DNA of 64,000 nucleotides from Tubulanus polymorphus (lineage: Eukaryota > Animalia > Nemertea). Position numbers and translations under genes: made by a program. The stretch lies in assembly GCF_964204645.1 (NCBI RefSeq), contig NC_134030.1, positions 14,570,110 to 14,634,109 of the forward strand, given 5' to 3'. This document shows positions 13,190 to 25,206 of the stretch, piece after piece (the stretch's first letter is position 1; every line of letters starts with the position of its first letter). A model generated the notes under the pieces. The model made no database searches and was not told the DNA's origin. It saw nothing but the letters and a program-made list of their open reading frames with translations.

Positions 13190-13696
13190 TATAATAACAA
13201 TATAGATTATGAATACTATTTAACATGTAAACACCATCTTGAACTATTGATTGCTAGCGGAAAGTGTAGAGAGTTTTTAACTAAGACTATTACTTTTCAA
13301 GAATTAGATGCTATGAAACCCGATAAAGTAATAAAATATTTTAAGATTTATGAAGAAGCTAGATTAGCTAGAATAAATGATTCTATTTCAGATGGTATAG
13401 TCAAATGTTACTCTAAGTTATGTAACCAGTTAATACCAATTGATGATGAAAATAAATTATATAATGATTTGAAAAATGACTACTTAGTTATGACTGAATT
13501 ACAAAAATGGGTTGGTTATACTTCATTTCAATTAGGATCGGTTATGACATTAATTTCTACTGGTGTCATAACATTTTCGAATATCAAGCCTATGGAATAT
13601 AAATCAGGTAAGAACGAAACAGATGACGCTGTACTACATCCAAACGGTGAAACAGAAAATGAACCAGAACAAAAATTAACTAAAATAAATGAGTGA
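13190..13696 (+). pseudogene. Conserved Polinton hypothetical protein (no ATG in the open frame upstream of 13247)
   Basis: LIASGKCREFL...KIYEEARL...LIPIDDENKLYNDLKND resembles an ORF I recall from invertebrate Mavericks. The frame is open from 13190. Confidence 0.5.
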
Positions 13697-14057
13697 TGAT
13701 GTTAAGAAAAAGGTTAGATCCGAGAAACAAATTAAATGGGCAAGAGAATTAGGTAAAAGATCTTCAGAATTAAAAAAAGCTAAGAAAAAGAAATTAACTG
13801 ATATAAATGAATCACAGAAATTATCTGATATTGATTCAAATAATAATCCATCTAAATCTTCTAATGCTGGAAGTAATTATAAATTATATATTACAATTGG
13901 ATTAGTAACAGTTATTATATTCTCTGGTGTAATATATAAATCAAAATTCAAATCCGATGATAAAGATGATTCCAATGATAATAAACCTATCATACCAGAA
14001 AATAAGTCAAATCATAAAGTCATTGAAACTAAATCTAAATTATTATTAATGGATTAA
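13689..14057 (+). CDS. Basic protein with one transmembrane helix
   Basis: K/R-rich N-terminus (RSEKQIKWARELGKR) and hydrophobic LYITIGLVTVIIFSGVIY. TAAATG start. Confidence 0.6.
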   Translation: MSDDVKKKVRSEKQIKWARELGKRSSELKKAKKKKLTDINESQKLSDIDSNNNPSKSSNAGSNYKLYITIGLVTVIIFSGVIYKSKFKSDDKDDSNDNKPIIPENKSNHKVIETKSKLLLMD

Positions 14058-14063
14058 AATAGA

Positions 14064-15188
14064 ATGAAAAAAGAACAATATTTAAGAGATTTATATTATA
14101 ACCCAGAAAGTGAAGTATCATATTCTAACGTTTCAGAATTATGGAATAAAATTAAATCTGATAATGAAAATGGTGCCGTACGGCACCCACATGGTGGTAT
14201 AAAATATAGTGAATTAAAATCATGGTTACAAAATCAACCAACATATCAAATCCACAAGAAAATGGATAAAACTTATTTAACAAGGAAATTTATGGTTTCA
14301 TATATCGATCAACAGTGGCAAGCAGATTTAATTGACACGAAGAACTTAGAAGAATACAACAAAGGATATTTCTGGATATAAAATGTTATAGATATATTCA
14401 GTAGATACGCATGGTCAATTCCAATCAAAAATAAAACTGGAATAGAAGTAAAAAATGCTTTTAAATCAATATTTAAAGAAGCTATTCCAGATAAGATACA
14501 ATTTGATGAAGGTAAGGAATTTTATAACAAACATTTCAAAAAACTATTATCTGATAACGATGTAGACTATTTTTCAACACACTCAGATAAAAAAGCATCT
14601 ATTATAGAAAGATTTAATAAAACATTGAAAACTAGAATATGGAAATATTTTACTGCTAATGAAACATATAAATATATCGATGAGTCTATAAATATATTAG
14701 ATGATTTAGTGAAAGGTTATAATAATTCTAAACATAATTCTATAAATATGAAACCTATACAAGCTAGAAAAGAAGATAATTCAGAAATAGTTTGGAATAA
14801 TTTATATGGAGCGTTTGTTACACATGATTTCGGAGAACCTAAATTTAAAATAGGACAACACGTAAGAATATCTAAATATAGAAAAACCTTTTATAAAGTT
14901 TATTTTCCTAATTTTACAGAAGAAATATTTAAGATTAAAAAGATAATATTAACTAAGCCATTTGTTTATAAATTAGAAGATCTAAAAGATGAAGAAATAT
15001 TAGGTTATTTCTATGAACAAGAATTATCACTTGTACCAAATCCAGATGAAATAGAATACAAAATAGAAAAAGTATTGAAAACAAAAACTCTTAAAGGAAA
15101 AAAGTATTCTTTGGTGAAATATAAACGATACGATGATAAATTTAATGAATGGATTTTATCTAGTAAAATTAAAAGAATAAATGAATGA
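14064..15188 (+). pseudogene. Retroviral-type (RVE) DDE integrase with C-terminal chromo-like domain; one in-frame stop at 14379-14381
   Basis: Motifs WQADL, IDIFSRYAW, IQFDEGKEF and IERFNKTLK are all in one frame across the TAA. C-terminus YKIEKVLK...LVKYKRYDDKFNEWI. Confidence 0.92.
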
Positions 15189-15792
15189 AGATTTATTTAT
15201 ATTTGAACCGCATAATATGTTAGTTACTGGTGTAACAAACTGTGGTAAAACACATTTCATATTAGATTTGTTAGAAACTATTTATAAGAATCATTTTGAT
15301 AATATAATATTATTCTGTCCTACTTATGAAATGAATAAAACATATAAAAGGGATATAGTTAAGATGAAAAAGTTTATTATATTAGATCCTAAAACAGTAA
15401 AAGAAAATTTAAATAATTGTATAAAAATAGCAATTGATACTTATAAAGGATCAAATACATTATTCATTATAGATGATTGCGCTAATTTACATGATTCAAA
15501 AGTGAGAGAAAGTGAGTTATGTTATTTAGCTTTCTCTGGGAGACATTTTGGGATAACAACATGGGTTTTAAATCAAAAATATAATTCAATTGTTAAAGAC
15601 TTTAGGGAGAATATAAGATTTCTAGTTTTATTATATAACAAAGATAGAAAATCTATGCAACAATCATTGGAAGAAAATCAAAGTATACCTACTGAATTAC
15701 ATGATGAATATATGAATAAATTAAAGAATAATAAAGGTTCAAAATTATTACTGAGATTACAATTTCCCTATGAATATAAATTTATAAAATAA
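15181..15792 (+). CDS. A32/FtsK-like DNA packaging ATPase
   Basis: Walker A GVTNCGKT, Walker B LFIIDD, and SGRHFGIT...Q motif. Confidence 0.92.
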   Translation: MNEDLFIFEPHNMLVTGVTNCGKTHFILDLLETIYKNHFDNIILFCPTYEMNKTYKRDIVKMKKFIILDPKTVKENLNNCIKIAIDTYKGSNTLFIIDDCANLHDSKVRESELCYLAFSGRHFGITTWVLNQKYNSIVKDFRENIRFLVLLYNKDRKSMQQSLEENQSIPTELHDEYMNKLKNNKGSKLLLRLQFPYEYKFIK

Positions 15793-15823
15793 CTATTTAT
15801 AATTTGGAATATTATAGAAACTA

Positions 15824-16100
15824 ATTTATATATCTATGTACTAGACGTACGTAAGAAAGTAAGATTCTTACCTTTTTACTTTCTTGGCAAGAATCTTGGA
15901 TTCTTACGTACGTCTAGTCCATAGAAATATGAATTATTAAATGAAATATATAATAATGAATAAATTATATATTAAAACTATGTTTATAATTTATGTTTAT
16001 AATTTATGTTTATAATTTATGTTTATAATTTATATTTCTTGGTAAGGATTCTTGGGTTCTTACTTTCTTACACATACGTCTAGTGCATAGATATATAAAT
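15824..16100. terminator. Structured intergenic region at the convergence of the two gene blocks
   Basis: 18-bp inverted repeat at 15840-15857/15901-15918. Longer imperfect inverted repeat at ~15824-15863/16058-16100. 13-bp tandem repeat (TTATGTTTATAAT) at ~15979-16034. Function is inferred from position only. Confidence 0.4.
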
Positions 16101-16133
16101 ATTTTTATAGATATATAAATAGTTTTATAATAA

Positions 16134-17218
16134 TTATTCTAATTTTGTTTCTAATACATTTATTAAATCATCATTGTTTATATCAAATTCATCAGAAGTC
16201 TTTGGCATATTTATTAATTCTATTTCATCCTTCATTCTACGTTCATCATCGCTTAATCCAGCTTTTATTCTTAATTTTTCAAAGTAATCATTAGAATTAT
16301 CACCATCAAAATCAAATTCAAAATCATTTAATAAATTAAATAAATCTAGGTGTCCATTATACGCTAATTTATATATTTGGTCAGGATTATCTTCTGCATA
16401 AGCTAATAATTTATCAAAAAACAACTTAAAGAATATATGATATTGTTTAGCTTCAGGATTAAAAAATATTTGATATATTTCTTTGGTTTATCTAACAATG
16501 GTAACATACCCACTTTTTTATAAACATTAATTAGATGTAATTTAGATTTATAATGAGTAATTTTATCAACAGGTTCAATTTCTTTATTACAATAATCACA
16601 TATTAATTCTTTTTCATTTTCTATGTGCCCCTTAGATTTTTTATGTTTAGAAAAATTACTTTTAGAAATATCTAAATTACAAATGTTACAATGTTTTTTA
16701 GAATCATCAATTATTTCATTATCTGTTATATCATTATCATTAGTTTCGATTGGGTTAACATTATTTATTACATTATCTGTTATATTATCTATGGTATCAT
16801 TAGTTTCAATTGGGTTAACATTATCTTTTATATTACTTACTGATATATTATAATCATTATTATTCTTTTCTTTTTCTATATGTTTCTTTGATTTCTTATG
16901 TGATGCCCAATTTTTATATGATATATATTTCTTACATACATCACAATATTTTGGATTATAATAATCTTTTTTTGATTCAATATCATATGTAGAGGGTATA
17001 TTATAAGATGTAGATGCTGTTACATCTTCTATTTTATATTCAATATCATTCTTATCTTCTATTTTAGTTTCAATATTATCTTTTATTTTACTTATTCTAT
17101 ATTTGAATTGATTAAAGTAATCTCCAAAATACTTAATGTATTCATCATAAGGTAATATATAATATATATCTGTTATCATTTCACTTGGAGTTTGTATTTC
17201 ATATATTCCACCTTCCAT
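16134..17218 (-). pseudogene. Multi-zinc-finger protein, probably one frameshifted gene (16403-17218 + 16134-16424)
   Basis: Three CxxC...HxKSKxH fingers, and overlapping ORFs on the same strand. Confidence 0.6.
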
Positions 17219-17250
17219 TTATATAATAAATATTTGTTAAAGTTAAAATT

Positions 17251-18500
17251 TTAATACATAACACTATCTAATTGTGAATTTACAATATTTAATTGCGCGT
17301 CAGATATAATATAAATGTGCATTTTAAAATTTTTGATTCCTTTATTCTTTGTCATGAATAATTGTATTCCATCTTTAGTGTTCTGTAATTTTTTTCCAGA
17401 ACCATGTAATGAATTATCCTCTGTTGTTCTAAAATCTAACCATAATGCGTATTTATTACCGGTATAATAATCAATTTGATTAATGTTACAATTTTCAGAT
17501 GATTTTACTTTTTCATTCATAAAATGTTTTCTAATTTCTGGCCATTGATCTATCATTCTCATTCCTTGACAAAATATTTTATTTGCTATTCCTTCGATAG
17601 TTATTTCTACTTTTGTTATTTCAGGATTATAATAATTATCAATATTTATTGCGCCATTAGTATATGTTGCAATGGTAAAAAATATTAATGTACCTTTAAT
17701 AGATCTTCTTGGGAAGTTAATATTCTCATTAATTATTTCATCATTTGCATTAATAGTTACAGTTTTAAATTTATCAATATAATCATATAATAATGAAAAT
17801 CCTTGATTGTATTTAGTTTGAATTATACTTGAAATATTTTCATCAGTTACTGTATCATATTCTAAACATATATTCGATAATTTATAACCCATATCTTTAA
17901 CAACGCCAGATAATACAATTTCATTTACAGGAGCAAATGTTATTTCGAATATAACATCTTCTTGAATTGCGTATTTATATAAAGGTGCATTATTATTTAT
18001 CAATTCAAAGTCTAATGGAATTTTATATTTGCTTCCATAAATCTTTTTTATCAAATTATCTGTGGCACGAGTTACTATTGCGTCATTAGCTCCTGATCTT
18101 AATTTATTTTGGTTTTCTGATTGGATGCCTTGAAATATCATATTATTTCTATTTTCTTAACCATAAACCATAAATCTTTATAATGCATAAATAAATTATA
18201 ATCATCTAATGAGAAAACTGTTTCTGGACCAATCTTTATAGTTAATTTTTTAATCAAATATCTTCCAACCTTATCAACAACATAATTATTATTATTACCG
18301 ATTACTTTTATATCGGCCGATAAATAAATACTATTTGGAACATAAAAAGTATTTTGCGTTAATCGAGGGATTCTAACGTATAAAGTTTCATCGGGATTAA
18401 TATTTGAAGGGTTATGAGTAATTATACGATGTGATCTTTCTGCTTTAATAGCATTAGATATTCTATGATTCTTCGAAGGATTTATATAACTCCCACTCAT
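17251..18500 (-). pseudogene. Major capsid protein (double jelly-roll, hexon-like), frameshift at ~18160
   Basis: ITHNPSNINPDETLYVRIPRL, GRYLIKKLTIKI, ICLEYDTV and ALWLDFRTTEDNSLHGSG match Polinton MCP motifs. An apparent short duplication (TTTATGG twice) sits at the frame break. Confidence 0.85.
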
Positions 18501-18540
18501 TTATTTAACAAAAAAATTAATTATTTATTTTTAATCATGG

Positions 18541-20001
18541 TTACTTGATATTTTTTGATATCATATTCACTAACCCAAAAATAATAGCACTTACAACTGT
18601 AATTAAAAATAAAATAATATGTTCAGCAGCAAAGTTAATAATGTTTCCTGCAGATTTCAATATAAAACCAACAATTGATGCAATAACTCCTGGTAAAGCT
18701 GCAGCAGATTTTTTAGATAGTTCCCATAAATATTTTGCTAATTTCTTTAAACCATCTTTAACTTTATCTTGTATAGAATTATTACCTGGGGGTTTATCTG
18801 GTTTATTGGGAGTAGGAGTAGATTTCAAAGCATTTGATATAGCTAAACCAATTGTTGTAAATAACATAGTTACAGCTGTTAGAATTGAAAGAATTGTTAT
18901 TCCTTCAAACTTAAATAATAATTTTATTCTATCTTTCAATGATATTTTAGAATCTGGTTTTATTAGATATCTTTTAAAAACATCTTTTAATCTATTAATA
19001 TTATAATCATATGATTTTAATAATGATTTAATTTCTTCTTTTTGTAATTCTATGTTATATTCTAAATCATCTTTTTCTTTTTCTAAACGTAATTCTTTTT
19101 GCCTATATTCTATTTCATCAATTACTTGATGATCTAAATCAGACTTTAATTGTTCTATTTCTTTATTTTTATCAGTTAATTCTTTTTCTAAAGTTCTAAT
19201 TTTAAAATCTCTTATACTTTTATCATGCGCAATTTCATCAGATGCAAGTCTTATACTAATAATTTCTCTAATTGCTTTATCAGAAAATATATATAAATCT
19301 TCTAATTCTTGATCTGTTGCATCAAGTAATCCCTTCGGTAAAAGTTTTTCAGTTTGAACTTTATTTGATTTAAGTTTACTAGTTTTGGAAGTTTTATTCT
19401 GTTCAGAAGTTGTTTCTGTTTCTGGATTATCTTTGATTGTTTCAAATAATTCATTAATTCTTTGTTTAAATACTCTTTCATTTTTAATAATTTCTTCTTG
19501 TGTTACATCTTCTATTTCATTACTATTTCTTATTATTTTAATTCTAGATAGTAATGAGTCAGACTTAAGCAAAGTTGATTCTGCTAATATTTTGTTTTGT
19601 TTTTTATAAGAGATATCAATACAATAATCATCTTTCAAACGATAATAATATTCACCATCTAAAAACTTTAATTCTTGTACTAAAAGTCTAGCGCCTCTGG
19701 CATTGATATTATATCCAGATTTTTCAAATATAGGTTTGAAATTATAAATATATTCATTATATTCTAAATTTTGTTTTACTAAATCTGGATTTTCATTTTC
19801 AGGATTTATTCTCGATCTAGTTCTTCTATCAAATTCATCTGTTGATTGACCTTTAGAACCACTATCTGCTAAATTAGAATTATATGCTGATTCATCATCA
19901 TTATCAATATTAGTTTCTACATCATTATAATCATCATCAATATATCCTTCATTAGTATTTCCCATTTCTCCCATTTCATAATCTCCACCTTCTACATCCA
20001 T
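18541..20001 (-). CDS. Coiled-coil protein with C-terminal hydrophobic helices (adintovirus 'gasdermin-X'-like membrane-active protein)
   Basis: Intact 486-aa ORF. SLKDRIKLLFKFEGITILSILTA...AAALPGVIASIVGFILKSAG...AEH resembles the recalled family. The family name is from memory. Confidence 0.6.
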   Translation of the reverse strand: MDVEGGDYEMGEMGNTNEGYIDDDYNDVETNIDNDDESAYNSNLADSGSKGQSTDEFDRRTRSRINPENENPDLVKQNLEYNEYIYNFKPIFEKSGYNINARGARLLVQELKFLDGEYYYRLKDDYCIDISYKKQNKILAESTLLKSDSLLSRIKIIRNSNEIEDVTQEEIIKNERVFKQRINELFETIKDNPETETTSEQNKTSKTSKLKSNKVQTEKLLPKGLLDATDQELEDLYIFSDKAIREIISIRLASDEIAHDKSIRDFKIRTLEKELTDKNKEIEQLKSDLDHQVIDEIEYRQKELRLEKEKDDLEYNIELQKEEIKSLLKSYDYNINRLKDVFKRYLIKPDSKISLKDRIKLLFKFEGITILSILTAVTMLFTTIGLAISNALKSTPTPNKPDKPPGNNSIQDKVKDGLKKLAKYLWELSKKSAAALPGVIASIVGFILKSAGNIINFAAEHIILFLITVVSAIIFGLVNMISKNIK

Positions 20002-20023
20002 TTACATAATAAAAAAATTAAAA

Positions 20024-22941
20024 TTAAAAATATAATATTCCTCCGATTACAATTCCTATACAAGTTATAGCTAATTTAGTATTTTCATGGGATTTATTAT
20101 CATTATCAGTTTTAATTATATCATGTTGAATAATATCAGTTTTTATATTTTCTGATGTATTATAATCTTTTATTTTAGAATCATTATTTAATTTAATATT
20201 CTTAGTTTTAGTTTCAGTTGATTGAATATGTTTTTTATTTTTTTCACCTTCCATTAATTTTGGGGCAGTAATTATCTTTTTATTTATATCATTCAATCCA
20301 AATGAATTATTTATTGTTGCAGTTTTTAGCTCCGCTGTGACCGAAGGTCAGCGGAGCTGATTGGTTAGGGGGTTCGTCGTCGTCGTCCGTCCGTCCGTCC
20401 GTCCGGTGTTCGGTGTCCGGCGTCAACTTTTTCTTTATATCCCTACTAGTCCTACAGTTCTGATGGGATCTTGATGAAACTTGGTATGAATGATCTATGG
20501 GGGAGTGCCTACAAAAGTACAGAGCCATAATTTTGATTTTGCATAAATTATGCAAATTAGGGCTATTTTTAGATTTTCACTAAAATCGCTACTCCTCCAT
20601 CGATTTTCAGCGGATTTCAATCAAACTTGGTATGAATGATCTATGGGGGAGTGCCTACAAAAGTACAGAGCCATATTTTTGATTTTGCATAAATTATGCA
20701 AATTAGGGCTATTTTTAGATTTTCACTTAAATCGCTACTTCTACTTCAGTTTTCAGTAGATATCAACCAAACTTGGTACGAATGATGTATGGGGGAGTGC
20801 CTACAAAAGTATAGAGCCATACTTTTGATTTTGCATAAATTATGCAAATTAGGGCTATTTTTAGATTTTCACTTAAATTGCTACTTCTACTCCAATTTTC
20901 AGTAGATTTCAACCAAACTTCATATGAATGTCCTATTGGGGAGTGCCTACAAAAGTATAGAGCCATATTTTTGATTTTGCATAAATTATGCAAATTAGGC
21001 CTTTTTTAGATTTTCCTTTCAACCGCTACTCCTCCAATTTTCAGCGGATTTCAAACTTAGTATGAATGTTTTTATAGGGGATTGTCTAAACCAGTATAGA
21101 GCCATATTCTAGATTATGCATAAATTTTGCAAATTAGGGATAATTTTTTTAGATTTTCACTTAAATCGCTACACCTTCTTCAGTTTTAATCAAATTTGAA
21201 TTAAACTTTTTATGAATGATCTATGGGATGATGCCTACATAAGTATAGAGGATCTTTTGCAAATTAGTTCTATTTATAGATTTATCTTGTTTAGCTCCGC
21301 TGTGACCTCTAATGGGTTAGGGGGTGAGCCGTTGTCGTGCGTTTGTTCGTTCGTTAGTGCGTCTGTCAACTTTTTCTTCAAATCGCTACTAGTCCTACAG
21401 TTTTAATCGGATCAATTCCAAATTTGGTATGAATGTTCTATGGACCAAGGCCTACAAAGTTAGAGAGCGATTTTTTATTTGTCCCCTAGGGGGCGCCCCT
21501 GGGGGGTAGAGTTTCTATTTCTTCAAATTGCTACTTGTCCTACAGTTTTAATCAGATCAATTCTAAATTTGGTGTGAACGTTCTATGGACCACGGACTAT
21601 GAAGTTACAGGGCCATTTTTTTCATTTGTCCACCAGGGGGCACCCCTGGGGGTGGAGTTTCTATTTCCTCAAATTGCTACAGCTATTAGTCCTACAGTTT
21701 GAATCAGATCAAGTCCAAATTTGGTATGAATATTCTATGGACCAATACCTACATAGTCAAGAGCCCTTTTTGGATTTGGCCAAAAGGGGGCACTCCTAGA
21801 TATGCAGCTTCCATTTCTTCAAATCACACAGCGGAGCTATTTGAGCCGATAGGCTCCTTGTAATTAGATTATTATAACCAATTATGTTTCCCATCTTTAA
21901 TACAAGATCATTAGAAATAATAAATAGATTAGGGCCTATTCAATAATTTAATCTTATATGTGATTTATCTAAATAATTTTGATATCTTACAATGTTTTCT
22001 GGAATCGATCTATTTTTATCATTATGAATAGAATCTTCAAATAAAACTTTAAATTGTTTCTGCGCATCGAATGAAGTGTTATCATTTCCAATTATTGGGG
22101 ATCTTGTTTCAACCTGTGATCCTAGAATACATATCAAATAAGTTCTAATAGATTGATTTATTCTTTGTATTCCGGCTTTAGTAAAACCTTCATTATTTTC
22201 TAAAATGAAATAAACCCAACCATTATTGTTTTCTTGTTTTAAATTATCATAAAATGTCGGTAATTTATTGAAATTTAATGTTTCTAAATCCTTAGTTTCT
22301 ATTTTACCATAACCTAATTTATTACTATAGATATTATACAAACTATTAGATGGTATGGGAAGTGCACAATATTCTGCAATCTTTTTAGGGCAAGGAAGTG
22401 ATCTTATTGTTCCAATTTTTGTTCTAAAATCAGAATTATTTATATCTATATTAAATTCACTACAATTTTTATAAAACTTTGATAAATTAATATTATTATC
22501 TAATTCTTTGAAATACCTAGATCCTGGTAAAGCACACTCTAATTCATTTAATATTATTCTGATTTGAAAGTATGTATGAAATCTAAATAAACTTTGAATT
22601 AATTTATATTTAGAATTATTCAAATGATCATTCCAACTAATTCCACAACCTGTTGTTGCACAATAAACAGCAAAATTTAATTGGTTCTGCCAATACTTCA
22701 TATTAGATTTTAATAACCATTGTTTTTCATCTTTCAATTTTTTAAAATTAATTAAATATACATGAAATATATTTTCCATCTTTGCATTAAAATTATTAGT
22801 TTCAGTAACATAAATTTCTAAATTAGTTAATGAATCTAAAACTTCATTTCTATATGTAATATCTTTATCAAAATCTATTGCTGGAATATTATATTTAATT
22901 GATTTATTATATTGGAAAGCTTTTGGAAAACTATCTGCCAT
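20024..22941 (-). pseudogene. Conserved Polinton protein with C-terminal membrane anchor, split by a HINE insertion and a TGA at 21940-21942
   Basis: WQNQLNFAVYCATTGCGIS and FRFHTYFQIR motifs. Removing ~20323-21861 restores GYNNLIKTATINNSFGLNDINKK in frame with ORF 20024-20296. Confidence 0.75.
20323..21861 (+). mobile_element. Helentron-associated (HINE/DINE-1-like) non-autonomous element inserted in the Polinton
   Basis: Starts TTTTAGCTCCGCTG..CAGCGGAGCT stem-loop, then (GTC)/(GTCC) microsatellite and ~146-bp internal tandem repeats. Ends with subterminal CAGCGGAGCTA and a GAGCC..GGCTC hairpin then CTTGT. Inserted in a T run. Confidence 0.8.
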
Positions 22942-22957
22942 TTATATAATTAAAAAA

Positions 22958-23392
22958 TTAATAATTTATTAATTCTTTTAATAATTTATCTTGTTCTTCA
23001 ACTGTTATATAGCCATTTAAACTTATTATATAATCTAGTGTATTATTTAATTTATTAATTTCTTTTATATTAGTTTTAATTTTTTCTTTATTACTTTTCA
23101 TATTTAATTTTGAACTTATACCGGTTAAAACACTTGATGATAATCCTAATACACCAATTGATATAGCTAAAGGTGTTAATGGGCTGAATATTGGTAGAAA
23201 TGTTATTACAGAACTAATTGTAACCGAACCACTTATAATCAAATAATATATAATTTTACTTTTTAAATATTTTTTCTTTTTTATCTTTAAGTCACTTTCA
23301 AATTCTAATATTTGTTTTTCTAAATATATTTTTAATTTAGTTTTATTTATATCATGAGGAATAATATCAATATTATCAACTTTATCTTCCAT
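22958..23392 (-). CDS. Two-TM/coiled-coil Polinton protein
   Basis: Intact ORF with TAAATG start and two hydrophobic segments. Confidence 0.6.
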   Translation of the reverse strand: MEDKVDNIDIIPHDINKTKLKIYLEKQILEFESDLKIKKKKYLKSKIIYYLIISGSVTISSVITFLPIFSPLTPLAISIGVLGLSSSVLTGISSKLNMKSNKEKIKTNIKEINKLNNTLDYIISLNGYITVEEQDKLLKELINY

Positions 23393-23412
23393 TTATTTAG
23401 AAAAAAGAATTA

Positions 23413-23839
23413 CTAATTAGTAAACTTATAAGCAACAAATATAACAATAACAGTTCCGCCTAAAATCCAAATTATTTCATATTTCTGTTGTTCTTTACTT
23501 GGGGTATAATAATCTGATAATTTAGGTTTGTATAGATGTAATTTTTCTTTATCGGTTACCGCGTTATATAAACTCATTGCATCATCAACTGATTGAAAAT
23601 CTCTATGTGAAATCTTCTGATCATATAATTCTTTATTGATGTAATCCATATAGTTTTGTCTTTTTTCTCTATATTCTTCTGCAGCTTTATTATATTTCTC
23701 TAACGCTAAGTTATGTCTTCTTTGTTCTCCTAATGAACTATTTTTATCAATATGTTTAAATAAATAAACACCACCAGTAAATGCCAGTAAAAGCGTTAAC
23801 AATTGCCGATCCTATAATAGTTATAATTGCAGAAGCCAT
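23413..23839 (-). pseudogene. Conserved Polinton membrane/coiled-coil protein, frameshift at ~23790
   Basis: True start MASAIITIIGSAIVNA at 23839 (TAAATG) shifts into LAFTGG...EQRRHNLALEKY...C-terminal TM. Confidence 0.7.
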
Positions 23840-23863
23840 TTATTTAGTAAAATAATTACGCAT

Positions 23864-24085
23864 TTATATGGGAGGAATATATTTTTGTTTTTCCAAATAA
23901 TCAATTGTTAAATTAGATAAAGTAACTGCTAATGTTAATTTTAAAATATCATTTATATCAAATCTATCAACATTAACACTTCCCATTTTGAATACTTTTT
24001 TTAATACCATTGAATAACCAACAGTTCCAACTGATAGTAATGCGCTATTATATAATCCAGTTATTATCCACTTATTCTCACTCAT
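23864..24085 (-). CDS. Small amphipathic/hydrophobic Polinton protein (candidate membrane-lytic peptide)
   Basis: 73 aa; VGYSMVLKKVFKM and DYLEKQKYIP resemble a recurrent small adintovirus ORF. Confidence 0.6.
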   Translation of the reverse strand: MSENKWIITGLYNSALLSVGTVGYSMVLKKVFKMGSVNVDRFDINDILKLTLAVTLSNLTIDYLEKQKYIPPI

Positions 24086-24427
24086 TTATTTATCAAAAAA
24101 ATTACTATCATCAAAATATTTAGTTATGTTAGTGATGATTAATTCAACATTTATTTCATTACTACTTTGATGATTATCATATATTTTGGATAATATGTTT
24201 TTGATATCATCAATAATTCCATCTTCATTTAATTCATAATATTCTAAAGGTGATTTAATTAAATCAATTACTTTTTCTGTATTATAATTTTCTTTATCAA
24301 TCATTGACGCATTGTTAAATGATTTACTTTTTATATCAGTAATTACATCATTTAGTTTAATTCTCATTTCTTTACCATGTTTAAAATCAAACCCAAAACA
24401 TATACTCGGTCCAACAGTTATATTCAT
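24086..24427 (-). CDS. Hypothetical protein
   Basis: Intact ORF within the gene block, TAAATG start. Confidence 0.55.
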   Translation of the reverse strand: MNITVGPSICFGFDFKHGKEMRIKLNDVITDIKSKSFNNASMIDKENYNTEKVIDLIKSPLEYYELNEDGIIDDIKNILSKIYDNHQSSNEINVELIITNITKYFDDSNFFDK

Positions 24428-24444
24428 TTATATAGTGAAAAAAA

Positions 24445-25206
24445 TTACTCTCTACATCTTATAACTAATTCATAAATTACAGGGAAATTATTTAAATCAA
24501 TTAAGTATCCATTATGATTTCTAATTTCTAATCTAAAATTATTAAAACGAGGAATGCATGGTTTGAAATCACATTCTGTTAAATTATAATTTATTTGCGT
24601 TCCATATTCTTTAACATTCTTCAATGGTAAAATGTTTAGTAAACCAGAATTACAAGTTATATCTTTAGTTGCTTCGAATGTTTTTGTAGGATCGATTAAA
24701 TTGCAATAAATATAAAAATGTGTGTAAGGTATTAAGTTTGGTGTAGTAGCGTCAATATTTGTAAAAGATCTATCTGGAAGAATTCCTAACAGTTTAGCTA
24801 TAGGTTTTTTTACCATAAATTTATGTTTTTCACTATTAGACAACCTTATCTTTATTCTATCAGATCTCTCACTTTTTAAAAATCTAATACTAAACCCAGA
24901 ACTACTACCTAATTTGTGCCAGGCTTTTCTATTAATTTCTTGTGCCAATGTATCTAAATTATATAACCCTGGTTTTAAATATATATAGACCCATTCATTT
25001 TTATTTTTATTAAAAATTAAAAAAGCTCTATGTTCAATAGTTTTATTCGATATATTGTAAAAAGAATTACATAAACTTATATTAACTAATTTAAAATCTA
25101 CACAATTCTTAAATTCTCTATCTAATTGAACTATTAAATTATGTGATTTATAATTTGTAAGCCTTCTAGAATCTACAAATATTCTGTATTCTTTTAATTC
25201 TACCAT
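24445..25206 (-). CDS. Minor capsid protein (penton, single jelly-roll)
   Basis: NSFYNIS, LKPGLYNL, AKLLGI, FYIYCNLID, LLNILP and LEIRNHNGYLIDLNN motifs. Confidence 0.85.
   Translation of the reverse strand: MVELKEYRIFVDSRRLTNYKSHNLIVQLDREFKNCVDFKLVNISLCNSFYNISNKTIEHRAFLIFNKNKNEWVYIYLKPGLYNLDTLAQEINRKAWHKLGSSSGFSIRFLKSERSDRIKIRLSNSEKHKFMVKKPIAKLLGILPDRSFTNIDATTPNLIPYTHFYIYCNLIDPTKTFEATKDITCNSGLLNILPLKNVKEYGTQINYNLTECDFKPCIPRFNNFRLEIRNHNGYLIDLNNFPVIYELVIRCRE

Noticed and set aside
18545-19609. Plus-strand ORFs antisense to Polinton genes (also 16623-16853, 26080-26262 and minus-strand 11167-11499)
   Set aside because: Shadow ORFs of the coding strand; they lack the TAAATG context and any motifs.
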